From Macrostomum hystrix (Eukaryota > Animalia > Platyhelminthes): a stretch of DNA of 64,000 nt. The stretch is taken from NCBI GenBank assembly GCA_950097015.1, contig CATNEN010000033.1, positions 2,728,001 to 2,792,000 of the forward strand, read 5' to 3'. The position numbers and the translations under genes are program-made. The notes below the pieces were generated by a model. It worked only from the letters and a program-made list of their open reading frames with translations, made no database searches and had not been told where the DNA came from. Position 1 is the stretch's first letter; every line of letters starts with the position of its first letter. This document shows, one piece after another, positions 1 through 11,879 of the stretch.

Positions 1-256
1 GGAGATGTCAAGGCTATGATCAGAGATGAGCATGCAAAAAAATATTTTTGGCTGGGTACATCTTTATGGCGTCAGCATCAGAAGACAGGAAAGACAATGC
101 TGGACAGTACTCGCTCGTAAAGAACAGTTAAAGCAGATAGAAACACATGTAGAATTGTGGCAAAAGCTGGGCTTAAGGCTATTGTAAATTTCATAGGTAA
201 AACTCTAAGCATCTGTTGTGTAATTGCAAAATCTCGGGCCGGTATAGTTTGAGCTG

Positions 257-400
257 TCAGGCTAGGATCTGCAGCAATAACCAGCCTAGGCTGTAAGCTG
301 ATAGTAGGGCCAGTACTAACACGCCTCCGTTAGCTGATGAAAATTTCATTGATATCCAGTAGATTGAGCGCCATGCTAGTACTGACCATTGGGACATATG

Positions 401-437
<37 letters not shown>

Positions 438-3400
438 AGACGGAGCCTCAGTCGCCATGCCAGTTTAGATAGCGCAAATGCTGCAATCATTGACCAGCAG
501 ACCAATTGATACAGCCAGCAATACTGACCTGGGTTGGCCTGTGATGGGACAGTTTGAGAACATCTCATTAACTGATTTGCTAATCAAATTTATGCCTTGT
601 TAGCTCAGCACTACTTACTACTTTCAGCATCATTTCTGATGATCTGTTTTCTGTTCGAATAATTTTCTGCGGTTAGTTTTCCTTGGCTGTGATATCGGGT
701 CTTCTCCGAAAAACTGAGGGAGTCGGATGAATGACAGAGATAGGAGATAGGAGACACGGTAGTGAGGGAGAGAGGCCTCCAAAAAGACAAAGAGAAGGGA
801 AACGAGAGGTAGATGAGAGAGGGAGAGAGTAGATGAGAGAGGGAGAGAGTAGATGAGAGAGGGAGAGAGTAGATGAGAGAGGGAGAGTGTAGATGAGAGA
901 GGGAGAGAGTAGATGAGAGAGGGAGAGTGTAGATTAGAGAGGGAGAGTGTAGATGAGAGAGGGAGAGTGTAGATGAGAGAGGGAGAGTGTAGATGAGAGA
1001 GGGAGAGTGTAGATTAGAGAGGGAGAGTGTAGATGAGAGAGGGAGAGTGTAGATGAGAGAGGGAGAGTGTAGATGAGAGAGGGAGAGAGTAGATGAGAGA
1101 GGGAGAGAGTAGATGAGAGAGGGAGAGAGTAGATGAGAGAGGGAGAGAGTAGATGAGAGAGGGAGAGAGTAGATGAGAGAGGGAGAGTGTAGATGAGAGA
1201 GGGAGAGTGTAGATGAGAGAGGGAGAGAGTAGATGAGAGAGGGAGAGAGTAGATGAGAGAGGGAGAGAGTAGATGAGAGAGGGAGAGAGTAGATGAGAGA
1301 GGGAGATGGTAGATGAAAGAGGGAGAGAGTAGATTAGAGAGGGAGACAGTAGATTAGAGAGGGAGAGAGTAGATTAGAGAGGGAGAGAGTAGATGAGAGA
1401 GGGAGATGGTAGATGAAAGAGGGAGAGAGTAGATTAGAGAGGGAGACAGTAGATTAGAGAGGGAGAGAGTAGATTAGAGAGGGAGAGAGTAGATGAAAGA
1501 GGGAGAGAGTAGATTAGAGAGGGAGAGAGTAGATGAAAGAGGGAGAGAGTAGATTAGAGAGGGAGAGTGTAGATGAGAGAGGGAGAGAGTAGATTAGAGA
1601 GGGAAAGAGGCAGATAGGAAGCGGTGGCAAGTGCTAGAGGGACAATACATGAGGACATCGAAGACATGGACAAGATCCACGACATTAAAATGTTTTGTCT
1701 AACTCAAGACAGTTATAAGTCCATAAGTCCATATGTCGCAGGCAAGTTCACACAAAGCCGTACACATTGTATTTCTACAGCGAACAGGCAGGCAAACAAA
1801 AATCAATAGACTCTAAAGCCACAATTTCTTAAGATTTTCAGGGACTCCTGCGACTGAACAGTTATTTACCATTGCCGTCTTCATTTGCGCCACACACTCT
1901 TGACTGAGTGGCGAATGCTGAAAATCCGTACGTTAGAGGATGGGAAAACATTAGCGTTGGCCTTTCTGGACACAAACTCTGCGAACCTAGCATTGCTACT
2001 CACGAGTAGTACGCATCCTTCACGCCCTTTGGCTTCTTCAAAGGCTTATAACATTTTATTCAACCCAGGTATTGTGTCATGGGTCATGTGTCATGGGTCA
2101 TGTGTCATGGGTCATGTGTCATGGGTCATGTGTCATGGGTCATGTGTCATGGGTCATGTGTCATAGGTCATGTGTCATGGGTCATGTGTCATGGGTCATG
2201 TGTCATGGGTCATGTGTCATGGGTCATGTGTCATGGGTCATGTGTCATGGGTCATGTGTCATGGGTCATGTGCCATGGGTCATGTGTCATGGGTCATGTG
2301 TCATGGGTCATGTGTCATGGGTCATGGGTCATGTGTCATGTGTCATGGGTCATGTGTCATGGGTCATGTGCCATGGGTCATGTGTCATGGGTCATGTGTC
2401 ATGGGTCATGTGTCATGGGTCATGTGTCATGGGTATGTGTCATGGGTCATGTGTCATGGGTCATGTATCATGGGTCATGTGTCATGGGTCATGTGTCATG
2501 GGTCATGTGTCGTGGGTCATAATGGGTTTAATAGTCATCAACTTTGCCCAACCTCGATTCAGTTCAAGCATCTTCGCACTCACCGAGAAAGCCATCAAAA
2601 TTTCTGACGTCGAAACGCCCCGACCGCTTCCGCTGCCTCGGCCTTGAAATTCCGCCCAGTCAGGTCGTTGCTGCGACAACGGCGACTGGCACATGGCGGG
2701 ACCTCCTGCCACTCCTACCCGGATTCCGCGACTGGAGTGATGAGGATCAGAGTGATTGGGATTGGGTGGGTGAGTGGCAGAGCATTTAACGCGTTTGCCT
2801 CTCGCAACAAAATCCCTGAGTCCGATTCCGCGGCGAGGCCACATTCATTTGGGATCGGAGTGATTGGGATCGGAGTGATTGGGATCGGAGTGATTGGGAT
2901 CGGAGTGATTGGGATCGGAGTGATTGGGATCGGAGTGATTGGGATCGGAGTGATTGGGATCGGAGTGATTGGGATCGGAGTGATTGGGATCGGAGTGATT
3001 GGGATCGGAGTGATTGGGATCGGAGTGATTGGGATCGGAGTGATTGGGATCGGAGTGATTGGGATCGGAGTGATTGGGATCGGAGTGATTGGGATCGGAG
3101 TGATTGGGATCGGAACGACTCACGCCATCATCCTGCAGTTCTGTTCCTCGATCCGAGGCGCGGCCTCCACTGGTTCCGTCGCGGCATCGCCGGACCAGAG
3201 CTGCTCGGCCACTGCGCTGACGGAAGGCCAGGCGCGGGGTGTCACAGTCTGGTCGCTCTGGAATTCCGTCCACATGCAGGCCTCGCCCCCCAGGTCCCCT
3301 GGCGAAGGCCGGAACCGGTACCGCTTTACCCAGTCAGCGCCGTAGCCCCGATTGTCCAGGTACCACTCCTCGGAGCGGATTAGGCGAAAGCGCTGTCGCC

Positions 3401-5407
3401 ACTTGTCCAGCTTGCTGGAGTCGCGGGTGATCCACACCTGCACGATGGTGTCGCTGGGCAGCTGGTGCGGGGGTGCCGAGTTTTTGGAAGGGTTTACGAG
3501 GCTGGATTAGTTTGGATTTTACTAGCGGACGAAAATTAGTGCACACTGACTGAGAGAGTGTGACTGAGAGAGTGTGACTGAGAGAGTGTGACTGAGAGAG
3601 TGTGACTGAGAGAGTGTGACCGAGAGAGTGTGACTGAGAGAGTGTGACTGAGAGAGTGTGACTGAGAGAGTGTGACTGAGAGAGTGTGACTGAGAGAGTG
3701 TGACTGAGAGAGTGTGACTGAGAGAGTTTGACTGAGAGAGTGTGACTGAGAGAGTGTGACTGAGAGAGTGTGACTGAGCGAGTGTGACTGAGACTGAGAG
3801 GAAGTGACAGAGAATGAAAAAAGAAAAATGGGTCCCGCACAGTGGGCCCTCACCTTAAGTGGATACTGCAAATTGTCCTTGTCGATGATGTCCTCCCAGA
3901 CTGTGATGGCCCTTCTATTCGGCAGATTGTCAACGATGCCAGCGAGTCTGCAGTACATTCGTGGTGATGAGTTTTTTTATTCCGCATTGCAAATCAATGG
4001 TTTCTTTTTCATCCAACTCACCTATTAGCGAAGTAAATGACCAGGTGTTCGTGAGCTGCAATTTTATTGTCTCGCATAAAATTTGCAATGGTGGCATTGA
4101 GCCGCCAGCAGTCCAGGGACACTTCGTCCATGCCCAGATGCAGCCAGCCGTCCGGGAACAGCTGGGCCACTTCCGCGTACAGCTCGGCCAGGAACTGGAA
4201 TGTGGCTGGCTTGCTAGGATCCAGCGGTCCCATGTAAGCCAGGCCATTGTAGGCGCACCAGGAGGCCAGGTCTGGCAAGGCGTGGCCCCACGAGTGCGTG
4301 TGGTCGGGCACGTCGAACTCGGGTATGACCCGGATGCCGCGCTGTCTGGCGAACTCCACCACATCCACAATGTCCTCGGCTGTGTAATAGTACTTGCCAC
4401 CAGCGAATGCGCTCTGTGTGCGGATGGATTTGCTGATTGATGGACGGATTGATTGATTGATTGACTGATTGATTGGCTGATTGATTGATTGATTGATTGA
4501 TTGACTAGCTGTTTGATGGACTAATTGATGGGCTGATTGATTTTTTTTCCAATTTATTGATTTGTGAATTAATTGATCAATTGATTAATTGATTAACAGA
4601 TTGATAAGTTGACAGATTGACTGATTGACTGATTGACTTATTGTTTTTGACTAGCTGATTGATTGATAGGTTGATTGATAGATTGTTTAGTTGATTGACT
4701 TACTTTTGGCTGGTTGACTCAATAACTGATCGGTCGAATGACAGACTGATATATAATTTAATCAGTTTATTGATGGATTGATAAACTGACTGATTGACTG
4801 ATTGATTGGTTAGTTGTTTAATTGATTGACTAATTGGTTGATTGCTTCATTGAGCGGCTCGCTGACTAACTGATGTAACGCACACTGACATTATTATGTA
4901 CCTTTGAAGCCATCTGCGGGAATTTCCGGCTCAGATAGGGAAATGACTGGTCGTCAACGATGTGCCAGTGGAATGCGTTCATCTTGTTCATCGCCATGGC
5001 CTCCTGCGGGTTTGGCCAGGTGATTATGACACAGTTCTGTCTGTGGTAAAACCGCTTCTTCGATGAAACCCACCAGATTTTCCATCAAGGTGGCCTTCTG
5101 GATGAAGTGCCTGGCTGTGTCCATCATGAAGCCGCGGTACTTGAAGGTCGGCCGGTCCTCGATCCGGTTCTCGTGAATCAAAATCTGTGAATTTAATCAC
5201 ATTAAGCCTGGTACGCTTTAGCTACTGTATATTTTCAGATAAGTAGTGCGCAGTGAAAGTTATTGCAGACTTTAAGGCGCAGCACAATTAAGGGTGTAAT
5301 AATATTTAAACCTTAGTTAACGGTGTGGCAAACTTATTAAAGCGTGATCCTCTTCCATCAAAGAGAGTCTTAGCTGCTAGTCTTCTAACATACTAAAAAT
5401 ATAATTT

Positions 5408-5463
<56 letters not shown>

Positions 5464-8400
5464 GTCAGGGCTCTCTCCTTGAGGCCTCTCTCCTCCAGAC
5501 CTATCTCCTTCAGGGGTCTCTCCTTGAGGCCTCTCTCCTCCAGACCTATCTCCTTCAGGGCTCTCTCCTTCAGGGCTCTCTCCTTCAGGGCTCTCTCCTT
5601 CAGGGCTCTCTCCTTGAGGCCTCTCTCCTTCAGGGCTCTCTCCTTCAGGGCTCTCTCCTTCAGGGCTCTCTCCTTCAGGGCTCTCTCATTCAGGGCTCTC
5701 TCCTTCAGGGCTCTCTCCTTCAGGGCTCTCTACTTCAGGGCTCTCTCCTTCAGGGCTCTCTACTTCAGGGCTCTCTCCTTCAGGCCTCTCCTTCAGGGCT
5801 ATCTCCTTCAGGGCTCTCTCCTTCAGGGCTCTCTCCTTCAGGGCTCTCTCCTTCAGGGCTCTCTCCTTCAGGGCTCTCTCCTTCTGGGCTCTCTCCTTCT
5901 GGGCTCTCTCCTTCAGGGCTCTCTCCTTCAGGGCTCTCTCCTTCAGGGCTCTTTCCTTCAGGGCTTTCTCACTGACTATTTGCAACAATAAAGCATTTGT
6001 CAGTGCTGAAATTCCTATCGCTGACTTCAGTCCATTCCATTTCTAGCGAATTCTCATTTACTGATTGAAAATCGCAAAATTTAAAGCAAAAAAATGCAGA
6101 CCAGAAAGCTTAAAAAGGTCATATTTGCTTTCGTTCTAAAAAAATGCTTTTTGTGTTTTCCTACTCACGAGGACAGCAATTTCCTGAGCTGAAGCCGCTG
6201 TGTAAGCGAGGCCAGTAAAGCTAGAAGGAGTATTTTTGCTGTCTCCCTCTGTCTCCCTCTGTCTTCATCTGTCTCCCTCTGTCTTCATCTGTCTCCCACT
6301 GTCTCTCTCTGTCTCTCTCTGTCTCCCTCTGTCTCCCTCTGTCTCTCTCTGTCTCCCTCTGTCTCCCTCTGTCTTCATCTGTCTCCCACTGTCTCTCTCT
6401 GTCTCTCTCTGTCTCCCTCTGTCTCCCTCTGTCTCTCTCTGTCTCCCTCTGTCTCCCTCTGTCTCCCTCTGTCTCCCTCTGTCTCTCTCTGTCTCTCTCT
6501 GTCTCCCTCTGTCTCTCTCTGTCTCCCTCTGTCTCCCTCTGTCTCCCTCTGTCTCCCTCTGTCTCCCTCTGTCTCCCTCTGTCTCCCTCTGTCTCTCTCT
6601 GTCTCCCTCTGTCTCCCTCTGTCTCCCTCTGTCTCCCTCTGTCTCTCTCTGTCTCCCTCTGTCTCCCTCTGTCTTCATCTGTCTCCCACTGTCTTCATCT
6701 GTCTCCCTCTGTCTCCCTCTGTCTCCCTCTGTCTTCATCTGTCTCCCACTGTCTTCATCTGTCTCCCTCTGTCTCCCTCTGTCTCCCTCTGTCTCCCTCT
6801 GTCTCCCTCTGTCTCCCTCTGTCTCCCTCTGTCTCCCTCTGTCTCCCTCTGTCTCCCTCTGTCTCTCTCTGTCTCCCTCTGTCTCTCTCTGTCTCCCTCT
6901 GTCTCCCTCTGTCTCTCTCTGTCTCCCTCTGTCTCCCTCTGTCTCCCTCTGTCTCCCTCTGTCTCCCTCTGTCTCTCTCTGTCTCCCTCTGTCTCCCTCT
7001 GTCTCCCTCTGTCTCCCTCTGTCTCCCTCTGTCTCTCTCTGTCTCCCTCTGTCTCCCTCTGTCTCTCTCTGTCTCCCTCTGTCTCTCTCTGTCTCTCTCT
7101 GTCTCCCTCTGTCTCCCTCTGTCTCCCTCTGTCTCCCTCTGTCTCCCTCTGTCTCCCTCTGTCTCCCTCTGTCTCCCTCTGTCTCCCACTGTCTTCATCT
7201 GTCTCCCTCTGTCTCCCTCTGTCTCCCTCTGTCTTCATCTGTCTCCCACTGTCTTCATCTGTCTCCCTCTGTCTCTCTCTGTCTCCCTCTGTCTCCCTCT
7301 GTCTTCATCTGTCTCCCACTGTCTTCATCTGTCTCCCTCTGTCTCCCTCTGTCTCCCTCTGTCTCCCTCTGTCTCCCTGTCTCCCTTTCTCCTCTAGTGC
7401 GCCTTGCTAATAATAATAATATTAATAAGGAGTTACCTGGTCGGGTCTGATTCGTGCGACAAAGAACAGCTGAGCAATGGTCTCAAGTCCGCGGATCACT
7501 CCCCAGTTCTCCTGCGCAGCCAGCCGAATGCCGGTCGGGCCGACTCGCACTTCGTCTGCAGCGAGTTGAAAATCAAGTGAGAATAGACGAAGAGAGGGAG
7601 AATGAAAGGGAGAACGAGATGGAGAGGGAGAGGAACTGTGAGAGGCAGAGGGAGAGGGAGAGGAACGGTGAGAGGTAGAGGGAGACGGAGAGGGAGATGA
7701 TGAGACGAAGAGGGAGAGAAATAGGGAGGTGGCAGGATCTCACAGTCCTCCCGCATGTCCAGATGCGGGTATCGCAGGAAGGTCTCATTCCGAACGCTGA
7801 TAAACAGAGTGTCGATTGATTGATTGCCGCCGGCTCCGACGCTCATCTTTCGGCTGGCGGCCAGAGCATCGGCCGGATCGTCGCTGACCGCGGCCACGTC
7901 GCCGAAGGCTCTTCGGGCGAAACGAGCAGCGGCCAGCCGGCACAGCTCATCGAGCTGAGCTCCGCCGAGCAGGCGCAGCCGGAGCTGCCGGGACAGGAGC
8001 AGAGTTCGGTGCCTCCTGCCCGCCGGGTTCGAGTGCTGCCGGCGCGACTCAAACCGCGGCCGCGGCCAAACCTGGGCCACTGAGGCCGGAGGTGCAGCCC
8101 ACAGCGGATAGGACGGGTCCGTCGGATTGTTGATGAAGAAGGCATTTCGGTCGTTGGGCTCGGAGCGAAGCTCAATGCGGTCAACGTGCAGGCCGCCCCG
8201 GTGGGAGAAATCCGCCAGCTTGAGCTCTGTCAGCTGCACGCGAACTGCCGGAATGAGCGGGTGCGAAATCTTGGCACATTTGCAACTTTGAGACATGAGT
8301 CGATGCTAGAGAGCGCCTTAGAAACAGGAGGCTAATCTAGGGGAATCCCCACTGACACGAAGCTACTTAAGGGGTATTTCCTAAGGTAGGAGGCTACCTT

Positions 8401-9323
8401 GGGGGAATTCCTTGGGATATTAATGCTTGAAGCGGGAATCCCTTTGGACATTGATGCTTAAAGCGGGGAATCCTTAGGACATTTATGCTTAAATCGAGAA
8501 ATCCCTTAGGACATTAGTGCTTAAAGCGGGGAATCCTTAGGACATTTATGCTTAAATCGAGAAATCCCTTAGGACATTAGTGCTTAAAGCGGGGAATCCT
8601 TAGGACATTGATGCTTAAATCGGGGAATCCCTTAGGACATTATTGCTTAAATCGGGGAATCCTTAGGACATTGATGCTTAAATCGGGGAATCCCTTAGGA
8701 CATTATTGCTTAAATCGGGGAATCCTTAGGACATTAGTGCTTAAATCGGGGAATCCCTTAGGACATTAGTGCTTAAACCGGGGAATCCCTTAGGACATTA
8801 GTGCTTAAACCGGGGAATCCCTTAGGACATTGATGCTTAAAGCGGGGAATCCATTAGGACATTAGTGCTTAAAGCGGGGAATCCATTAGGACATTAGTGC
8901 TTAAAGCGGGGAATCCCACGGGACATCGGTAAGTATTGCACGGAGTTCCTTTGGACAATGGTGTCAGTTGTGGAAATCACTTGGAACATTGGCGCTGATT
9001 GGGAAAAATTAGAGGGGAATCCCTTATATTTTCATTAGCCTTGGGGTTGGGAATTCTTCAACCTTCGTGTCTGTTAGCAGGAATCCCTTGAGGCAAAAAT
9101 GTCCATAGGGAGGGAAATGCTTTCATTTTCAGCAGCCTTCTGGGATTCCCCAACCTTCGTGTGGGCTGCTGCGGCTGACGTTGGATCCTTCGCCGGTGGC
9201 TGGCAGGCCCGGCCGGATCGCGGATGCCGCCTGGCGACCGCTGCTAGAAACTACAGAGCCGAGACACTTTGGCGTGACGTTGCACAGCGCCAAGCAAACG
9301 GTCAGACTGCAGAACTGCTGCAT
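257..9323 (-). CDS. Beta-N-acetylhexosaminidase (GH20, HexA/HexB-like), 10 coding exons, ~751 aa
   Basis: Exons joined by hand at GT-AG sites with consistent phases: 9323-9155 (putative signal peptide [16 protein letters not shown], inferred), 8244-7744, 7555-7437, 5184-5074, 5003-4902, 4413-4022, 3947-3854, 3461-3124, 2731-2584, 538-257 (inferred terminal exon). Total 2256 nt, open frame. Motifs: [70 protein letters not shown] (catalytic DE), [15 protein letters not shown]. The core exons are solid; the first and last exons are less certain. Confidence 0.92.
806..1603. repeat. 20-bp purine minisatellite (GAGAGGGAGAGAGTAGATGA)
   Basis: Read directly; lies in the last Hex intron. Confidence 0.95.
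2075..2520. repeat. 14-bp minisatellite (GGGTCATGTGTCAT)
   Basis: Read directly; Hex intron. Confidence 0.95.
2773..2853 (+). mobile_element. Truncated head of the same tRNA-derived SINE family
   Basis: ...AACGCGTTTGCCTCTCGCA..AA..TCCCTGAGT.CGATTCCGCGGCGAGGCCACATTCATTTGGG is nearly identical to the reverse complement of 25728-25806. Confidence 0.75.
2851..3114. repeat. 15-bp minisatellite (GGGATCGGAGTGATT)
   Basis: Read directly; Hex intron, abuts the SINE head. Confidence 0.95.
3544..3798. repeat. 14-bp minisatellite (GTGTGACTGAGAGA)
   Basis: Read directly; Hex intron. Confidence 0.95.
4433..4870. repeat. Degenerate (GATT)n microsatellite
   Basis: Read directly; Hex intron. Confidence 0.85.
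5381..5461 (+). mobile_element. 5' end of the same Helitron-like family plus (GCTT)n
   Basis: TCTAACATACTAAAAAT matches 50630-50646 at 16/17 positions and is followed by the same GCTT microsatellite. Confidence 0.6.
5464..5970. repeat. 15-bp minisatellite (CTTCAGGGCTCTCTC)
   Basis: Read directly; Hex intron. Confidence 0.95.
6238..7382. repeat. 10-bp minisatellite (CTGTCTCCCT)
   Basis: Read directly; Hex intron. Confidence 0.95.
8400..8916. repeat. ~31-32-bp minisatellite (GGACATTAGTGCTTAAAGCGGGGAATCCCTTA)
   Basis: Read directly; inferred Hex intron 1. Confidence 0.95.
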
Positions 9324-9516
9324 GACTGAGAACTGCCAGCATCTGCCAGATGTCCACTTCTGACTAAAGCAGCGAATTATACAGCAAAATACTATGTACA
9401 GCTTCTTTAATGAGATATGAGAGTTATGAGACAGAATAGGGCAGTCAGTGGCATAGTCTGCGGTAGCTGCTACTAGAGGCAAAGACTTCATGCCGTCGCC
9501 AACCCATAAAACTGTT

Positions 9517-10193
9517 CCCTGCTGCGATTCTAGAACCTATTTCCTGCTGCGATTCTAGAAACTATTCCTGCTGCGATTCTATAAACTATTCCCTGCTGCG
9601 ATTCTATAAACTATTCCCTGCTGCGATTCTAGTACTATTATCTGCTGCGATTCTAGAAACTATTCCTGCTGCGATTCTAGAAACTATTCCTGCAGCGATT
9701 CTGGAAACTATTCCTGCTGCGATTCTGGAAACTATTACCTGCTGCGATTCTAGTAACTATTGCTGCTGCGATTCTAGTAACTATTGCTGCTGCGATTCTA
9801 GAAACTATTCCTGCTGCGATTCTGGAAACTATTCCTGCTGCGATTCTGGAAACTATTCCCTGCTGCGATTCTAGTACTATTATCTGCTGCGATTCTAGAA
9901 ACTATTCCTGCTGCGATTCTAGAAACTATTCCTGCTGCGATTCTGGAAACTATTCCTGCTGCGATTCTGGAAACTATTCCCTGCTGCGATTCTAGTAACT
10001 ATTGCTGCTGCGGTTCTAGAAACTATTCCTGCTGCGATTCTAGAAACTATTCCCTGCTGCGATTCTGGAAACTATTCCCCGCTGCGATTCTAGAAACTTT
10101 TTCCTGCTGCGATTCTAGAAACGATTCCCTGCTGCGATTCTAGAAACTATTCCCTGCTGCGATTCTAGAAACTATTCCCTGCTGCGATTCCAG
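9517..10193. repeat. ~24-bp minisatellite (CCTGCTGCGATTCTAGAAACTATT)
   Basis: Read directly. Confidence 0.95.
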
Positions 10194-10543
10194 CTGCTAA
10201 ATCCTACTTCGATTTTATAATTCAAATTTCTATTAGGTGTTGCAAAAGTAGACAATTTACGAGCTTTGGAATCCAATGCTTAGACCCAGCTAACTACGTG
10301 CTATAACAATATTTTAACTTATTACCTATTGTCGTAGCTATATTTTGAATGCTATGCAGACAAATAGAATTTCTATTTCTGTGTGGCCTTAATTTGTTCG
10401 CGAGCATATGCTCACAAATCAATAACCACTTATTTCGGCACTACATTATATTTTTTCTCAATATGGGACAGTTAAAAGCACGCACTGTCTGGATCTCCCA
10501 TGGTTCACTTTTCTAACGATTGGAAATACTTTTATGCGCATAC

Positions 10544-11104
10544 TCCCTCTCTCCCCCTCTCTTTCCCCTTTCTCTTCCCTCTCTCCTCCATAGTTGCTGG
10601 AATCGCAGCAGGGAACAGTTGCTGGGATCTCTCCCTCTCCTCCTCTCCCCTCTCTCCTCCCTCTCCCCCCTCTCTCCTCCTCTCTCCTCCCTCTCTCCTC
10701 CCTCTCCTCCCTCTCTCCCCTCTCTCCTCCCTCTCTCCTCCCTCTCCTCCCTCTCTCCCCTCTCTCCTCCCTCTCCTCCCTCTCTCCCCTCTCTCCTCCC
10801 TCTCCCCCCTCTCTCCTCCTCTCTCCCCCCTCTCTCCTCCCTCTCCTCCCTCTCTCCCCTCTCTCCTCCCTCTCTCCTCCCTCTCCTCCCTCTCTCCCCT
10901 CTCTCCTCCCTCTCCCCCTCTCCTCCCTCTCCTCCCTCTCTCCCCTCTCTCCTCCCTCTCCCCCCTCTCTCCTCCTCTCTCCCCCCTCTCTCCTCCCTCT
11001 CCTCCCTCTCCCCCCTCTCTCCTCCCTCTCCTTCCTCTCTCCCCTCTCTCCTACCTCTCCCCCTCTCCCTACTTTTCTCTTCTGCTCTTCTCTCTCTTCT
11101 CTCT
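10544..11104. repeat. C/T-only low-complexity tandem repeat
   Basis: Read directly. Confidence 0.9.
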
Positions 11105-11879
11105 CTGCTCACTGCTCGTAGTTAAAGTTGCAGCCGTAGTGAAGTCACTCACCGTCCTTATTCCTGTTCTGTCCGTCTGGTCTGTGTGTCGAATTTCCAA
11201 AGCAGCAGAATTTGCATTCGCAACTATCTAATAACAAGAATTGGAAAGAGTCAACAGTCTGGTTAGTCTATTACGAGTACAATACAGAGGGTTCGCAAAT
11301 AGGTCGGATAAGAAATTTGAAATAAGAAAATTAAAATTCACACATTTTAGGAAGCGTCCCGACACCCTATAGGTGGATATGCATAACCTACTAGGACCGG
11401 GCATCCACCCCACTTCCCGGCTCCCAATCGTTGCTGCATTAGTTGGCCAATGCACAATGCTTGCAGCTACGGGACAGAGAGAGCCAGGCCACGGGGTGGG
11501 TGGCTAGAGAGAGAACTCAATTGTTCATCGCGCAGCGTGTTTTTTCGCATCTTTTTTGCCTCAAGCATCTGCCTCCAGCCATGTCTGCTGCTTCTTTGTG
11601 AAACAGGCCAAGCCCCAGCTGCATCTGGGTCCGACTCTACCCCGCCTCTCCTTCCCTCTCTCTCCCGCTCTCGTCAGTGTTGGCATGTACACAAAAGCAC
11701 AATGTAATCTATTGCCGGGTCCTACCAGTGAGCGACTCAACTCGGCTACGACTCCAAGGACTGCTCAAAACTCACAGCCTAACGAATGCTCCAAGGACTA
11801 AAATGACTCAAACTCAATTGCAGTGTTGACAACCGCATGGATGAGAATCGGTAGAGCGAATTGCAAATCTCATCTAATC

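Noticed and set aside
1885-2060. Alternative last exon of Hex on the minus strand (FEEAKGREG...VWRK*)
   Set aside because: There is no convincing phase-0 acceptor and no homology; the 538-257 exon fits better.
8886-9363. Plus-strand antisense gene (GTAAGT donor at ~8929, acceptor ~9132, ORF ending LPDVHF*)
   Set aside because: The upstream exon would lie inside a tandem array, and the GC-rich block is better explained as the minus-strand first exon of Hex.
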